Below, piece by piece: positions 9,587 to 20,503 of a stretch of 64,000 nt of DNA (its first letter is position 1; each line of letters begins with the position of its first letter). Origin of the DNA: Tagaea sp. (GTDB taxonomy: Bacteria; Pseudomonadota; Alphaproteobacteria; CACIAM-22H2); assembly GCA_965279565.1 (NCBI GenBank), contig OZ257249.1, positions 2,897,116 to 2,961,115 of the forward strand, given 5' to 3'. The notes beneath the pieces are model-generated. The model did not search any database. It was not told where the DNA came from and saw nothing but the letters and a program-made list of their open reading frames with translations. A program made the position numbers and the translations under genes.

Positions 9587-11296
9587 TCAGAAGGTCTGGC
9601 CGGCGAGCATCGCGAAATGCTCGACGATCGGACCGAGAGCGAGGGCCGGGAAGAAGCTGAGGCCACCGACGACTAGGATTGTGCCGGCAAGCAGCACGAC
9701 GAACAGCGGGCCATCAGTCGGGAAGGTGCCATCGGAGGCAGGCACGCGCTTCTTGGCAGCAAGCGCGCCAGCGAGTGCGAGCACCGGCACGATGATTGCG
9801 AAGCGTCCGACCAGCATCGCGATCCCGAGCGTGGTGTCCCAGAACGGCACGCTGGCGGTGAGCCCGGCAAAGGCCGAGCCGTTGTTGCCTACGGCCGACG
9901 TGTAGGCATAGAGCGCCTCGGAAAAGCCGTGCGGACCGTCGTTGTTGAGCCCGCCGAGAGCGCCCGGCCAGAGCAGGGCAAGGGCCGTGAACGCCAGGAT
10001 GAAGACCGGTGGCACAAGTACGACGAGGCTGGCAAGCTTGACCTCGCGCGCCTCGATCTTCTTGCCGAGATACTCGGGCGTACGCCCGACCATCAGGCCG
10101 GCAACGAACACTGCGATCACTGCATAGACCAACATGCCGTACAACCCCGAGCCCACGCCGCCGAACACGATCTCGCCAAGCTGGATCATGAACATCGGCA
10201 CGAGGCCACCGAGCGGCGTGAAGCTGTCATGCATTGCATTGACTGAGCCGTTGGAGGCGGCAGTGGTGACTACGGCCCAGATAGCCGACCAGGCAATGCC
10301 GAAGCGGGCTTCCTTGCCTTCCATGTTGCCGTCGGCAGGGTCGAGGCCAAGTGCGATCAGGATCGGGTTGCCGGCAGCCTCCGCGGCGTAGCAGGCGGCA
10401 AGCCCTACAAGCAGCAGCACAGTCATAGTTGCGAGCAGGACGGTTCCCTGGCGCGATGCGCCGACCATCCGGGCGAACGTCACGGTGAGTGCGGCGGGGA
10501 TAGCCAGAATCGCCCATAACGAAAGCAGGTTCGTCCATCCGTTCGGATTTTCGAATGGGTGGGCGGAGTTGGCATTGAAGAAGCCACCGCCGTTGGTGCC
10601 GAGCTGCTTGATCGCAATCTGCGAGGCGACAGGGCCTAGCGCGATCGACTGCGAGGCGCCTTCGAGCGTTGTCGCCTCGACATTGGCCGAAAAGCTCTGT
10701 GGAATGCCGAGTGCGACGAAAGAGATCGCCAGAGCAAGTGACAATGGCAGCAAGACATAGAGGGTTCCGCGTGTCAGGTCCGCCCAGAAATTTCCCACCC
10801 CGCGTGATTCAATGCGCGCAAAGCCGCGCGTCAAAGCCAGTGCCAACGCGATGCCCGTCGCCGCAGATACGAAGTTCTGCGTCGCGAGACCGAACATCTG
10901 CGACAGATGGCTCATCGTCGATTCGCCGCCATAAGACTGCCAATTCGTGTTGGTGACGAAGCTGACCGCCGTATTGAATGCCAAATGCGGGTCGAGCGCG
11001 GCAAGGTCGTTCGGGTTGAGCGGCAAAACGCCCTGCAGGCGAAGCAGCCCATAGAGTAGAACGAAACCGGCTGCATTGAAGGCGAGCATCGCACCGACAT
11101 AGCCGAGCCATCCCTGGTCGCGAGTCGCGTCGATGCCGGCGAACCGGTAGAGATCCACCTCGATGCGTCCGAGGAGCGGGGACAAGAACGTCCGCTCGCC
11201 GGCGAAAACGCGCGCCATATAGACGCCGAGAGGGACAGCACTGGCGAGAACCAGGCCGACGACAAGCAAGATCTGTAGCCATCCCATCGGGGTCAT
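9587..11296 (-). CDS. kdpA: KdpA, K+-translocating subunit
   Basis: 569 aa polytopic membrane protein ([31 protein letters not shown]...). Canonical position between kdpF and kdpB. Confidence 0.95.
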   Translation of the reverse strand: MTPMGWLQILLVVGLVLASAVPLGVYMARVFAGERTFLSPLLGRIEVDLYRFAGIDATRDQGWLGYVGAMLAFNAAGFVLLYGLLRLQGVLPLNPNDLAALDPHLAFNTAVSFVTNTNWQSYGGESTMSHLSQMFGLATQNFVSAATGIALALALTRGFARIESRGVGNFWADLTRGTLYVLLPLSLALAISFVALGIPQSFSANVEATTLEGASQSIALGPVASQIAIKQLGTNGGGFFNANSAHPFENPNGWTNLLSLWAILAIPAALTVTFARMVGASRQGTVLLATMTVLLLVGLAACYAAEAAGNPILIALGLDPADGNMEGKEARFGIAWSAIWAVVTTAASNGSVNAMHDSFTPLGGLVPMFMIQLGEIVFGGVGSGLYGMLVYAVIAVFVAGLMVGRTPEYLGKKIEAREVKLASLVVLVPPVFILAFTALALLWPGALGGLNNDGPHGFSEALYAYTSAVGNNGSAFAGLTASVPFWDTTLGIAMLVGRFAIIVPVLALAGALAAKKRVPASDGTFPTDGPLFVVLLAGTILVVGGLSFFPALALGPIVEHFAMLAGQTF

Positions 11297-11324
11297 GGCG
11301 GGTACTCCGGTTCTCTCGTGTGTT

Positions 11325-11411
11325 TCAGAATTTTTCGGGCGCCAGCAGGGCGACCGCGAGATAGGCGAAAAGGGCGATTGCGACGGCGCTGCCCAGGATC
11401 AGTTCGAACAT
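11325..11411 (-). CDS. kdpF: KdpF, small hydrophobic subunit (28 aa: [28 protein letters not shown])
   Basis: Not in the ORF track. Found by reading the minus strand immediately upstream of kdpA. A single TM peptide ending 29 nt before the kdpA start. Confidence 0.7.
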   Translation of the reverse strand: MFELILGSAVAIALFAYLAVALLAPEKF

Positions 11412-11421
11412 CGGGGCGCCC

Positions 11422-11505
11422 TCACAGCCGCGTGCAGGCGCGCGCGAACAGTGCCATCGCGGCGAACAGTCCACTTCCGAGTACCAAATAGAGAAGGTCT
11501 TCCAT
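11422..11505 (-). CDS. candidate 27-aa hydrophobic leader or small membrane peptide upstream of kdpF (MEDLLYLVLGSGLFAAMALFARACTRL)
   Basis: Not in the ORF track. Strong SD (GGAGGCGGAC-ATG). Stop lies 10 nt before the kdpF ATG. Confidence 0.35.
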   Translation of the reverse strand: MEDLLYLVLGSGLFAAMALFARACTRL

Positions 11506-11610
11506 GTCCGCCTCCAGCGTTGAGGTCGGGACTATGGATCCGGCTGGCGTAGAGGTTCGATGCGGAACTCGGGATCGAGGCGTAAGGATTCTATAAGGGC
11601 AGTTCGTTTT

Positions 11611-11772
11611 CCTTGGTTTCCGCTCATTTCCCTTCGTTGCCGAAAATTATGGAAACCGTCGTTGAAATCATTGAATAAATAGAAGTTTGGGAGACTGGGG
11701 GTCGCAGGTTCGAATCCTGTCGCTCCGGCCATCAAAGAAGCCCGCCGATCGGAACGCCGGTCGGCGGGCTTC
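11611..11772 (+). repeat. repeat family copy C: leader + GGGGGTCGCAGGTTCGAATCCTGTCGCTCCGGCCA + hairpin GCCCGCCGATCGGaacgCCGGTCGGCGGGC
   Basis: Roughly 90% identical to copy A over about 135 nt by eye. Sits between the kdp promoter region and the stop of the threonine-aldolase-family gene. Confidence 0.8.
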
Positions 11773-11792
11773 GAAGTCTTCGATGAAAATCT

Positions 11793-12839
11793 TCAAACGA
11801 TATTCGAGTCTAACTCGACGAGCGTCCTGGCGACATCCGCGGGTGATTTTCCAAGAAGCGTAGGGTTCGCGCGTATCAGAACACGATCTCCATCGACGTC
11901 CCCAAGCACTATGCCGGATTCCCGGGCTTTCACCTTGAAGGTCGCGACGCCGGACTTCGGTTTCAGCCAGACGCAGTTTGTCGGGGCATCTCCCACGGGG
12001 ATCAATGTCGGGCCATCTGTCATCGAGAGCGACTGCGCGAACGCATCGCGCCATTCGAGGCTGCGTTTCCAGTCCGGTTCGAGCCGGTCGATTTCCGCCA
12101 GCACGACGGCGGCGATCGGCCAGAGTTGGGGCAGCGCGCCCCCGTGGCGGCGGCGATCATGTTCGACTCCGTCGAGCAGCTCGATCGGTCCCGCGAGGAC
12201 GGCGCCGAAGGGCAGACCGAACATTTTCCAAAGCGACAGGTAGATCGTGTCGTAGTCGGCGGAAAATTCTGCCATCGACCTGCTGGCTGCCGCTGCGGCG
12301 ATCGGAAGGCGTGCGCCGTCCAAATGCAGGCCGATCCCGAGCTGGTGCGCCGCCGCGATCGTGTCGGCGAGGAGATCGGCCGGGAATGCCTCGTTCCGGC
12401 GGCGACGGACAGGCGTTTCGATGCATATCGCGCCCAGCGACTGGGCGACCTTGCCGGTTCGGGCGCTCGCGGCGGCATCGCGCACCGCCCGGCCCGAGAA
12501 GCCCGCCCCGGTGGGCGTCGCCGCGACAACGGTCAAGCCCTTAACGGCCGCAAGCGAATCGCCCGTGTCGTTCATTACGTGGCTGTCGGGATGCACAAGA
12601 ACGCGGCGTGCACGCGGTCCGCATAGCCGGTCGAGTGCGATCATGTTCGCGAGTGTCCCGGTCGGAAAGAGGACGGCGCGCGCCTTGCCGAGGAGTTTTG
12701 CGAGCGCGGCTTCGCATTCGCGCACGAGCGGCCCCTCGCCGTAGCTGTCGGGTGCCGCAACGCGGTCGAGTGCCGCCGCCAGCCGCTGCGCGAAGCTCGT
12801 ATCGGCATAGGCGCCGTCGACGTCGAGATGGATTGCCAT
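11793..12839 (-). CDS. threonine aldolase / beta-eliminating lyase family PLP-dependent enzyme
   Basis: Real start is the internal ATG (MAIHLDVDGAYADTSF...), 348 aa, with PTGTLANMIALD and SLWKMFGLPFGAV motifs. The listed 958-aa ORF upstream of this is Arg-rich out-of-frame noise. Confidence 0.75.
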   Translation of the reverse strand: MAIHLDVDGAYADTSFAQRLAAALDRVAAPDSYGEGPLVRECEAALAKLLGKARAVLFPTGTLANMIALDRLCGPRARRVLVHPDSHVMNDTGDSLAAVKGLTVVAATPTGAGFSGRAVRDAAASARTGKVAQSLGAICIETPVRRRRNEAFPADLLADTIAAAHQLGIGLHLDGARLPIAAAAASRSMAEFSADYDTIYLSLWKMFGLPFGAVLAGPIELLDGVEHDRRRHGGALPQLWPIAAVVLAEIDRLEPDWKRSLEWRDAFAQSLSMTDGPTLIPVGDAPTNCVWLKPKSGVATFKVKARESGIVLGDVDGDRVLIRANPTLLGKSPADVARTLVELDSNIV

Positions 12840-12850
12840 TCGCTGCTCCC

Positions 12851-14362
12851 TCAGAGGCCCGGCCGCTTTCCGAAGGCCATTGCTGCGGCTTCCGCCGAAA
12901 GCCGCTTGCGATCCGGCTTGTTGGTTGCCGCCAGCGGAATCTCGTCCCTGAACGAGACGAAACGGGGGTGAGCGAAGGCCGGCCCGTTTGCGAGGGCGAA
13001 TCCCTTCACGTCGGCCTCCGTCGCCGCCGTGCCGGGTGTGCGGACCACGAAGGCGAAGGGAAGGGTCCCCTTTACGTCGTCGGGCACCGGCACCACGCAA
13101 GCCTGATGGATTCCGGGCATTCGTTCGAGCAGACGTTCGACTTCGCCTGGCCAGACATTCTCCCCGCCGACGACGAACATGTCGTCCGCGCGTCCGACGA
13201 AATAGAAGAAACCGTTCGCGTCGCGCCGGAAGATGTCGCCCGACCTGTACCAGCCATCCTTCAGGACCTCCGCGGCTTTCGCAGGCAGATTCTTGTAGCC
13301 TTCCATCATCATCGGGTTGTGCATGTAGAGCACGCCCTCGTCGGGTCCGGGGCCCTCGCGCAGTTCGACCTGGCTGCCCGGAACCGGATAGCCGCAGGCC
13401 AGCGGCGGGCGCGGGATGCCGGCGGGATGGATGCCGAAGGGGGCCGGCCCCGCTTCCGTCGTGCCGTAGCTGTTGTTGATCAGCGCCTTGGAGAAGATTG
13501 ACTGGACCTTGTCGATCAGGGCCTGCGTGAGCGGCGCTGAGCCCATCGTGACGTTGGTAACCGAAGAAAAATCTAGACCGCCGATGAGGTCGCGCTCGCG
13601 CGCGACGAGCGCCAGCATCGTCGGCACCGAGGTCAGCCATGTCACCGCGAACCGCTCGATCGCCCGGGCGTAGAGTTTGGCGTCGAACGCAGGCAGCAGG
13701 ACGATGCTCGAGCCGGCAGCAAGGGCACCCTTGATGCTGATCGTTGCGTTCATGTGGAACATCGGCGCGCCGACGACATAGCGGTGGTGCGAACGGTCGC
13801 CGTAGAGCTTCGCCGAGGTCTCCAGCGACCAGCGTTGCGAATCGTGCGACAGGAGCACGCCTTTGGGCATGCCGGTCGATCCCGACGTGTAGAGGATCAT
13901 CGCAAGTTCGCGCGGATCGGGCTCGACCGTATCGAAGGGGCCGGGATCGCGGAGTGTGGCATAACCCCCGTCGTCGAAACCGAAGCCGGGCAGCCCGGCC
14001 GGCCGCAGCGCGGCACGGTCGCGGTCGTAGAAGACCGCACGCAGGCCGGAGTCGGAAACGATATGGTCGACCGTCTCGCGCGCGAGCTTGAACGAGATCG
14101 GGACCGCGACCATGCCCGCACGCATGATGCCGAAATAGGCGTAGAGCAGTTCGAGCCGGTTCAGCGACATAATCCCGATGGCATCTCCGCGCACGAACCC
14201 CTGTGCCAGGAGTCCGCGCGCCACGGCATCGCACTCGCGATCGAAAGCCGCATAGGTCGCCTCGCGCGGCGCGTTCCAGTCGGCAAGCTCGATCAGCGCG
14301 ATCTTGTCGGGGGAGACGGAGGCGTCGAAGCAGCGGCCGAGATTGCGGGATGGGATTGGCAT
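12851..14362 (-). CDS. AMP-dependent synthetase/ligase (acyl-CoA synthetase family)
   Basis: 503 aa from the internal ATG (MPIPSRNLGRCFD...). AMP-binding motif LYTSGSTGMPKGV and the C-terminal lid region are present. Confidence 0.8.
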   Translation of the reverse strand: MPIPSRNLGRCFDASVSPDKIALIELADWNAPREATYAAFDRECDAVARGLLAQGFVRGDAIGIMSLNRLELLYAYFGIMRAGMVAVPISFKLARETVDHIVSDSGLRAVFYDRDRAALRPAGLPGFGFDDGGYATLRDPGPFDTVEPDPRELAMILYTSGSTGMPKGVLLSHDSQRWSLETSAKLYGDRSHHRYVVGAPMFHMNATISIKGALAAGSSIVLLPAFDAKLYARAIERFAVTWLTSVPTMLALVARERDLIGGLDFSSVTNVTMGSAPLTQALIDKVQSIFSKALINNSYGTTEAGPAPFGIHPAGIPRPPLACGYPVPGSQVELREGPGPDEGVLYMHNPMMMEGYKNLPAKAAEVLKDGWYRSGDIFRRDANGFFYFVGRADDMFVVGGENVWPGEVERLLERMPGIHQACVVPVPDDVKGTLPFAFVVRTPGTAATEADVKGFALANGPAFAHPRFVSFRDEIPLAATNKPDRKRLSAEAAAMAFGKRPGL

Positions 14363-14373
14363 CGTGTTCTCCG

Positions 14374-15849
14374 TTATGTGGCAGCGGCCATGCGACCGGC
14401 GATCCGCCCGCCGACGAAACTTTCGGCGATGTTGCCACCCGACATGTAGAGGTGGCCGAACACGCTGCCCAGTTCGCCCGCGACATAGAGATGCGGGACC
14501 GGGCTGCCGAACGCGTCGAGGACCCGTTGCTGGGGGTCGTGGGCAAGCCCGCCTTGCGTGTTCGAGACGATCGGCCAGACGGCAGCCGCCGAGAAGGGCG
14601 GCGTCGCGATCGGCACCATGCTGCCCGGCGGGCGGCCATAGGCGTCGTCCCGGCCGTCGGCACATGCATCGTTCCATGCGGCGACCGTCCGTTCGAGTAC
14701 GGCCGGATCGATGTCGAATTTGGCAGCGATTTCCGAAAGCGTGTCGGCCTGTGTCAGGATGCGGGCATCGAAATCCCGCGGCGTGTTGTCGCGATACCTG
14801 GCGGCCACGCCGGCGTCGTTCCAGGTCGGCGCGCTCAGCGGATAGCGTTCGCGGCCCTTGGCATCGACCAGCATCAGGGACGGAACGCGCGGGAAGCGCT
14901 GGCAGACCGGGTCGAAATGCTCGAGCGCGCGATGCCCGGTATCCTGCATGTAGGGATCGTACTCGTTCATGAAGCGCCGCCCGTCGCGGTCGACGAGGAT
15001 CCAAGTCATCGCGATGTCTTCGCGCAATCCGTCCGCCGGGTTCCAGTCGGGCAGACGCTTGACGCGCACGCCGAACGGATAGGCTGGGTCGGGATGGCGG
15101 AAGCCGTACGATCCGTGGAAGTGCCACATATGCCAGAGCTGCGCGCCGGCGGCCTGCCCCATGCGGATGCCGTCGCCGGTGTTGAACGCGACGGCCGCCG
15201 ACAGGACGGGCTTCAGCACCCAGTGCTGGAGCTGCAACGCCGGGTCGGCTTCGAAGCCACCGCATGCGAGGATCACGCGGCGTGTCGGGATCGATGTCCC
15301 GCCGGCGACGATGCCAGCGGCGGCACCACCGGCCAGTACAAGCCGCTGGGCGGGCGTGCCGAGCCATACCTCGATGCCGCGCCGTTCGACGTTGCGGCGC
15401 ACGACTTCGAAAATGCGTGCACCGGCCGGCGATCCGCGGACGTCCGGGTAGCTCCGGGCGGGATCGAAGCCGGGGAAATCCTCGACATAGGCAAACCCGA
15501 ATGTCCGGTAGCCGGGCAACGGATAATTCGCCGGCGAGGGGCGCACGTCGAGCTTGGCACCGACCGATTCGCACAGGGTGCGCGCGAAGTCGGCAAGCCC
15601 GGCCATGCCATTCGCCAGCTCGGCGAGGACGGCTTCCGGCGTGGTCCCGGCGTTGGTTGCGACGAGGTAGGCAAGTGCTTCGTCCGCGTTTTCGGCAATG
15701 CGCAGGCCGCCGGCCGAGCACACCGAGATGCCGCCGGGAACATTGCCTTTCTCGACGATCAGCACGCGCGCACCGGCATCGTGCGCGGCGATCGCCGCCA
15801 CGCCGCCGGCAAAGCCGTAGCCGACGACGATGACGTCGTATCCGGTCAA
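14374..15849 (-). CDS. FAD-dependent oxidoreductase (FAD_binding_2 / KstD- or fumarate-reductase-flavoprotein-like)
   Basis: N-terminal dinucleotide-binding motif YDVIVVGYGFAGGVAAIAAHDAGARVLIVEK. No in-frame ATG upstream, so the start is inferred as a TTG that overlaps the upstream stop (TTGA). Confidence 0.65.
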   Translation of the reverse strand: MTGYDVIVVGYGFAGGVAAIAAHDAGARVLIVEKGNVPGGISVCSAGGLRIAENADEALAYLVATNAGTTPEAVLAELANGMAGLADFARTLCESVGAKLDVRPSPANYPLPGYRTFGFAYVEDFPGFDPARSYPDVRGSPAGARIFEVVRRNVERRGIEVWLGTPAQRLVLAGGAAAGIVAGGTSIPTRRVILACGGFEADPALQLQHWVLKPVLSAAVAFNTGDGIRMGQAAGAQLWHMWHFHGSYGFRHPDPAYPFGVRVKRLPDWNPADGLREDIAMTWILVDRDGRRFMNEYDPYMQDTGHRALEHFDPVCQRFPRVPSLMLVDAKGRERYPLSAPTWNDAGVAARYRDNTPRDFDARILTQADTLSEIAAKFDIDPAVLERTVAAWNDACADGRDDAYGRPPGSMVPIATPPFSAAAVWPIVSNTQGGLAHDPQQRVLDAFGSPVPHLYVAGELGSVFGHLYMSGGNIAESFVGGRIAGRMAAAT

Positions 15850-16601
15850 GTTCCCAGCGTCCGCAGGCCGGCGACGAGCTCGCCGACCATGGTCGCCAGC
15901 ACGGTCCGTCCCTTTTCGGCGGTCGCCGCGCGCGGATCGCCGCGCACGCCCGAAACACTGTAGTCGGGGCCCGCGGCGGGATCGTCGCGGAAAATCGACG
16001 GTACGTAGAAGACCGTGTTGGGCTCGCTCAGCATGTTGCCGTAGTCTTCGATCGCCCGGTCGAGATGCACGCGCTCGGGCGCGATCGCCATGACCACCGA
16101 CGTTTCCATCTCGTCGGCATGCCCGCCCAGCTTCTGGCGCATCAGCCCGCGATTGGCGCTCCCGAGCGCACGAATATTGGCCACGGGAATGCGCACGCCT
16201 TTTTTCTCGAGAGTCTCGCGCACGACGACGGTGACCGGCCCCTCGGTCGACACGCCGGTGTTGACGATGGCGATGCGCCGCGCCTTGTGCCGAATCAGGC
16301 CGTCGACGATGTCGTGCAGCACGGCGGCAAAAGTTTCCGGGCGCAGATGCTGGCTGCCAGGGTAGCCGACGAAGGCGGGGTAGTAGCCGAAATCGACGAC
16401 GGGTGCCACCAGTACGGGAAGCTCTTTTGCGACACCGTCGCACAGCGCCCGGGCGACGAGATAGTCGGTCTGCATGGGCAGATGCGGCCCATGCTCCTTC
16501 GCCCGCGCGCCGATGGGGATCAGGACGGTCGCGTGCTCGATCCGGGCGGCGACTTCCGGCCAGGTCAGGTCTTCGATCCAGGCACCGGGCGTGACGGTCA
16601 T
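15846..16601 (-). CDS. creatininase-family amidohydrolase
   Basis: 251 aa from the internal ATG (MTVTPGAWIEDLTWPEVAARIEHATVLIPIGARAKEHGPHLPMQTDY...). GGAG SD present. ATGA overlap with the upstream hydrolase gene. Confidence 0.8.
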   Translation of the reverse strand: MTVTPGAWIEDLTWPEVAARIEHATVLIPIGARAKEHGPHLPMQTDYLVARALCDGVAKELPVLVAPVVDFGYYPAFVGYPGSQHLRPETFAAVLHDIVDGLIRHKARRIAIVNTGVSTEGPVTVVVRETLEKKGVRIPVANIRALGSANRGLMRQKLGGHADEMETSVVMAIAPERVHLDRAIEDYGNMLSEPNTVFYVPSIFRDDPAAGPDYSVSGVRGDPRAATAEKGRTVLATMVGELVAGLRTLGT

Positions 16602-17689
16602 AGGTAAAGCTCCAGGAAGCGGCGGATGTCGGGTGCCCAGATATGCTGGGCGGTGCTTTCGAACAGATGGCCTTCCCAGGGCAGGAAGCCGTAAGGCGGG
16701 TAGATCTTCGACCAGACGACGCGCCCGTTGCCGGCAAGCGATGCCGCCAGCTCCTTGGTCGGACGGATGCTGTAGTCGTTTTCGGCCTGGATCAGGAAGA
16801 GCGGCATCGTCACGCGAGATGCGGCACCAAGCATCAGTTCGCGCAGCTTCGGCGTGTTGTCCCAGTTCATCGCGGCACCGGCGAAGTCGATCGCACAGGT
16901 GAAGCGGTCGGTCTTCGAGGCGGCGAGGAGTGTGTTGGTCCCGCCGAACGACGAGCCCATCACACCGATGTGATCGGCGCGGATCTCCGGCATGGCGGCG
17001 ACGCAGTCGAGTGCGGCCAGCACGTCGGAACTTTCGCGATCGAGGCGGGTGGAGACCTGCTGGTCGTATTCGGGCGTGCCGAACGGGGCGCTCGCCTCCT
17101 CGCGCCAGGCGGGGCCGGGCGAATTCCCGTAGCCGCGCCGGTGCGGCAGGAACGACGCGATTCCCCACGACATCAGCAGGGCCGCACCTTCAGGCCGGCT
17201 CACGTCGAGCGAGCCCTGCTGGATGCCGCTGCCATGGTTGCGGATCAGGCAGGGGAACGGGCCGCTACCGGGCGGAAGGTAGAGATAGCCCGCAAGCTCG
17301 CGCCCGTCGGACGTGAATTTCACCTCGCGCGGCACGATGGGCAGGCCGTGCAGTTCGACCGGCCGGATGCCGCTTGCGAGTGGTGCATCGTCCTCGACGA
17401 CGACCACGCGGTCGAACGCGTCGATGTTCGCGCCCATTTCCTTACGAACCACCTCGAACGCCGGGCTTGCCGCGCGCGCTGCCAGATCGGCGGCATGGCT
17501 GGCCCTGTCCGGGAAATCGCATTCCCAAGTCACGTCCGGCACGCGACCGGTGCTGCCTTCGGCGCGCACGAAGACGCGACCGGAACGCAGGCCGATGGAA
17601 AGGCGCACTGCGCAGGCCCGCCGGCGGGTCGCAAGGACGGCTTCGGCCCGTCCGGGTTTGGCGAAGTAGTGCGTGCGTTCGATCAGCAT
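16598..17689 (-). CDS. two-domain alpha/beta hydrolase (dienelactone-hydrolase-like C-terminus, nucleophile motif GVMGSSFGG) with a small N-terminal ABM/Dabb-like domain
   Basis: Start trimmed to MLIERTHYFAKPG. DLH-type motifs LPPGSGPFPCLIRNHGSG and GSSFGG. Confidence 0.65.
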   Translation of the reverse strand: MLIERTHYFAKPGRAEAVLATRRRACAVRLSIGLRSGRVFVRAEGSTGRVPDVTWECDFPDRASHAADLAARAASPAFEVVRKEMGANIDAFDRVVVVEDDAPLASGIRPVELHGLPIVPREVKFTSDGRELAGYLYLPPGSGPFPCLIRNHGSGIQQGSLDVSRPEGAALLMSWGIASFLPHRRGYGNSPGPAWREEASAPFGTPEYDQQVSTRLDRESSDVLAALDCVAAMPEIRADHIGVMGSSFGGTNTLLAASKTDRFTCAIDFAGAAMNWDNTPKLRELMLGAASRVTMPLFLIQAENDYSIRPTKELAASLAGNGRVVWSKIYPPYGFLPWEGHLFESTAQHIWAPDIRRFLELYL

Positions 17690-17699
17690 CGGGTTTCCG

Positions 17700-18634
17700 T
17701 CAGTTCGGGAAATGGCAGCGGACGAGATGGCTGGCACGGCGCTCGACGAGGACGGTATCCTCGATGCGGCAGCGCGCCTGCGCCTTGGGGCAGCGCGGAT
17801 GGAAATGGCATCCGGTCGGCCGGTCCCGCGCGCTCGGAATCTCGCCGGCAAGCGGCGGCGGTGCAATGGAATCCGCCGTCGGCTCGGGGACGGCCGCGAT
17901 CAGCGCCTGGGTATAGGGGTGGGCGGGCCGCTCGAAGATGTCGGCTTCGCTGCCAAGTTCGACGATGCGGCCCAGATACATCACGGCGACCCGGTCGCCG
18001 ACATGCCGGACGGCGCCGAGGTTGTGCGAGATGAACAGCATGCTGAGTCCGAACTGTGCGCGCAGGTCGCGCAGCAGGTTCAGGACCTGGGCCTGGACGG
18101 ACACGTCGAGCGCCGACGTCGCCTCGTCGCAGACGACGATGCGCGGATTGGAGGCGAGAGCGCGCGCGATCGCGATGCGTTGGCGTTGTCCGCCCGAGAA
18201 GGCATGGGGATAGCGTTCGCCCGCATCCGCCGGCATGCCGACGATCGACAGCATCTCGTCCACGCGCCCGGCGCGCGCGCCGGCGTCGACGCCGGCGGCG
18301 CGCATCGGTTCGGCGACGATGTCGCGCACGCGCATGCGGGGATTGAGCGAGGAAACGGGATCCTGGAACACCGCTTGGATCTGGCGACGCAGCGGCCGCA
18401 TACGGGATTCGTCGAGATCCGTCACGTCCTGCCCCGCGATCTCGATGCGGCCGGCGGTGGCTGGCAGGAGCTTGAGGATCATGCGGGCAAGCGTGCTCTT
18501 GCCGCAGCCGGACTCGCCGACCACGCCGAGGGTCTCTCCCTCGGCCAGTGAAAAGCTGACGTCCTCGACGGCGACAAGCGGCCGCACGCCGCTGCCGAAC
18601 GTGCGGCCGAGGCCACTAACCTTCAGCACGTCGC

Positions 18635-18638
<4 letters not shown>
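17700..18638 (-). CDS. peptide/nickel ABC transporter ATP-binding protein (DppF/OppF-like)
   Basis: GTG start overlapping the upstream stop (GTGA). Walker A GESGCGKST, signature FSGGQRQR, and a C-terminal oligopeptide-ABC domain. Confidence 0.85.
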
Positions 18639-19630
<992 letters not shown>

Positions 19631-20503
19631 CTAGCGCCCCTGCAGCTTGGGATCGAGCGCGTCGCGCAGCCCGTCGCCCAGCAGGTTGAACCCGATGATC
19701 GTCGTGCCGAGGGCCAGGCTGCCGAACAAGGCGAGGTAGGGGTCCGTGCGCAGGGCGGGCAGGCCGTCGCGGATCATGCCGCCCCAGCTTGCCTGCGGCT
19801 CCTGGATGCCGAGGCCGAGGAAGGAGAGCGTCGCCTCCGCCATGATGATGAAGCCCACGCCGACCGACGCGCGCACCAGCAGCGGTGCCGCGATGTTCGG
19901 CAGGAGGTGGCGCCAGAAGATCATCGCCGTCGAGGTGCCCGCGACGATGGCGGCATCGATATAGAGCTCCTCGCGGATCACCAGCACGAACGAACGCGTC
20001 AGGCGCGTGATGCCGGGCCACCAGACGAGTGCCAGGGAGACGACGACGGTGAGCGGGCCAGCCCCCATGACGGAAGCGACGAGGATCGCGATGACGACTT
20101 CCGGGAAGGCGAGCATGATGTCGACGATGCGCATCAGGATCGAGTCCGTGCGCCCGCCGACATAGCCCGCGAGCATCCCCAGGGTCGTTCCCACGGCGAG
20201 CGTTATCGCGAGCACCGCGCTTGCGACGAGCAGCGATGTCTGCGCACCGGCGATCAGGCGGCTGAGAATGTCGCGTCCCAGCTTGTCCGTTCCCAGGAGA
20301 TTGGGGCTGCCGGGCACGGCCCACGTGTTGAACAGGTCGGTCTCTTCCGGCGAATGCGGTGTCAGCAGCGGGGCCAGCAGGGCGACCGCGACGACGAACG
20401 CGACGATGGTGCCGCCGATGACCACGTTTCGCTGGCGGGCGAGCCGGCGTGTCAACCGGCGCCAGTCGAGGCCCGGGGCAGGTGCCATGGCGGTCGAACT
20501 CAT
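19631..20503 (-). CDS. peptide ABC transporter permease (DppC-like)
   Basis: 290 aa polytopic protein with a BPD_transp_1 EAA-like loop (AGYVGGRTDSILMRIVDIMLAFP). Confidence 0.85.
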   Translation of the reverse strand: MSSTAMAPAPGLDWRRLTRRLARQRNVVIGGTIVAFVVAVALLAPLLTPHSPEETDLFNTWAVPGSPNLLGTDKLGRDILSRLIAGAQTSLLVASAVLAITLAVGTTLGMLAGYVGGRTDSILMRIVDIMLAFPEVVIAILVASVMGAGPLTVVVSLALVWWPGITRLTRSFVLVIREELYIDAAIVAGTSTAMIFWRHLLPNIAAPLLVRASVGVGFIIMAEATLSFLGLGIQEPQASWGGMIRDGLPALRTDPYLALFGSLALGTTIIGFNLLGDGLRDALDPKLQGR

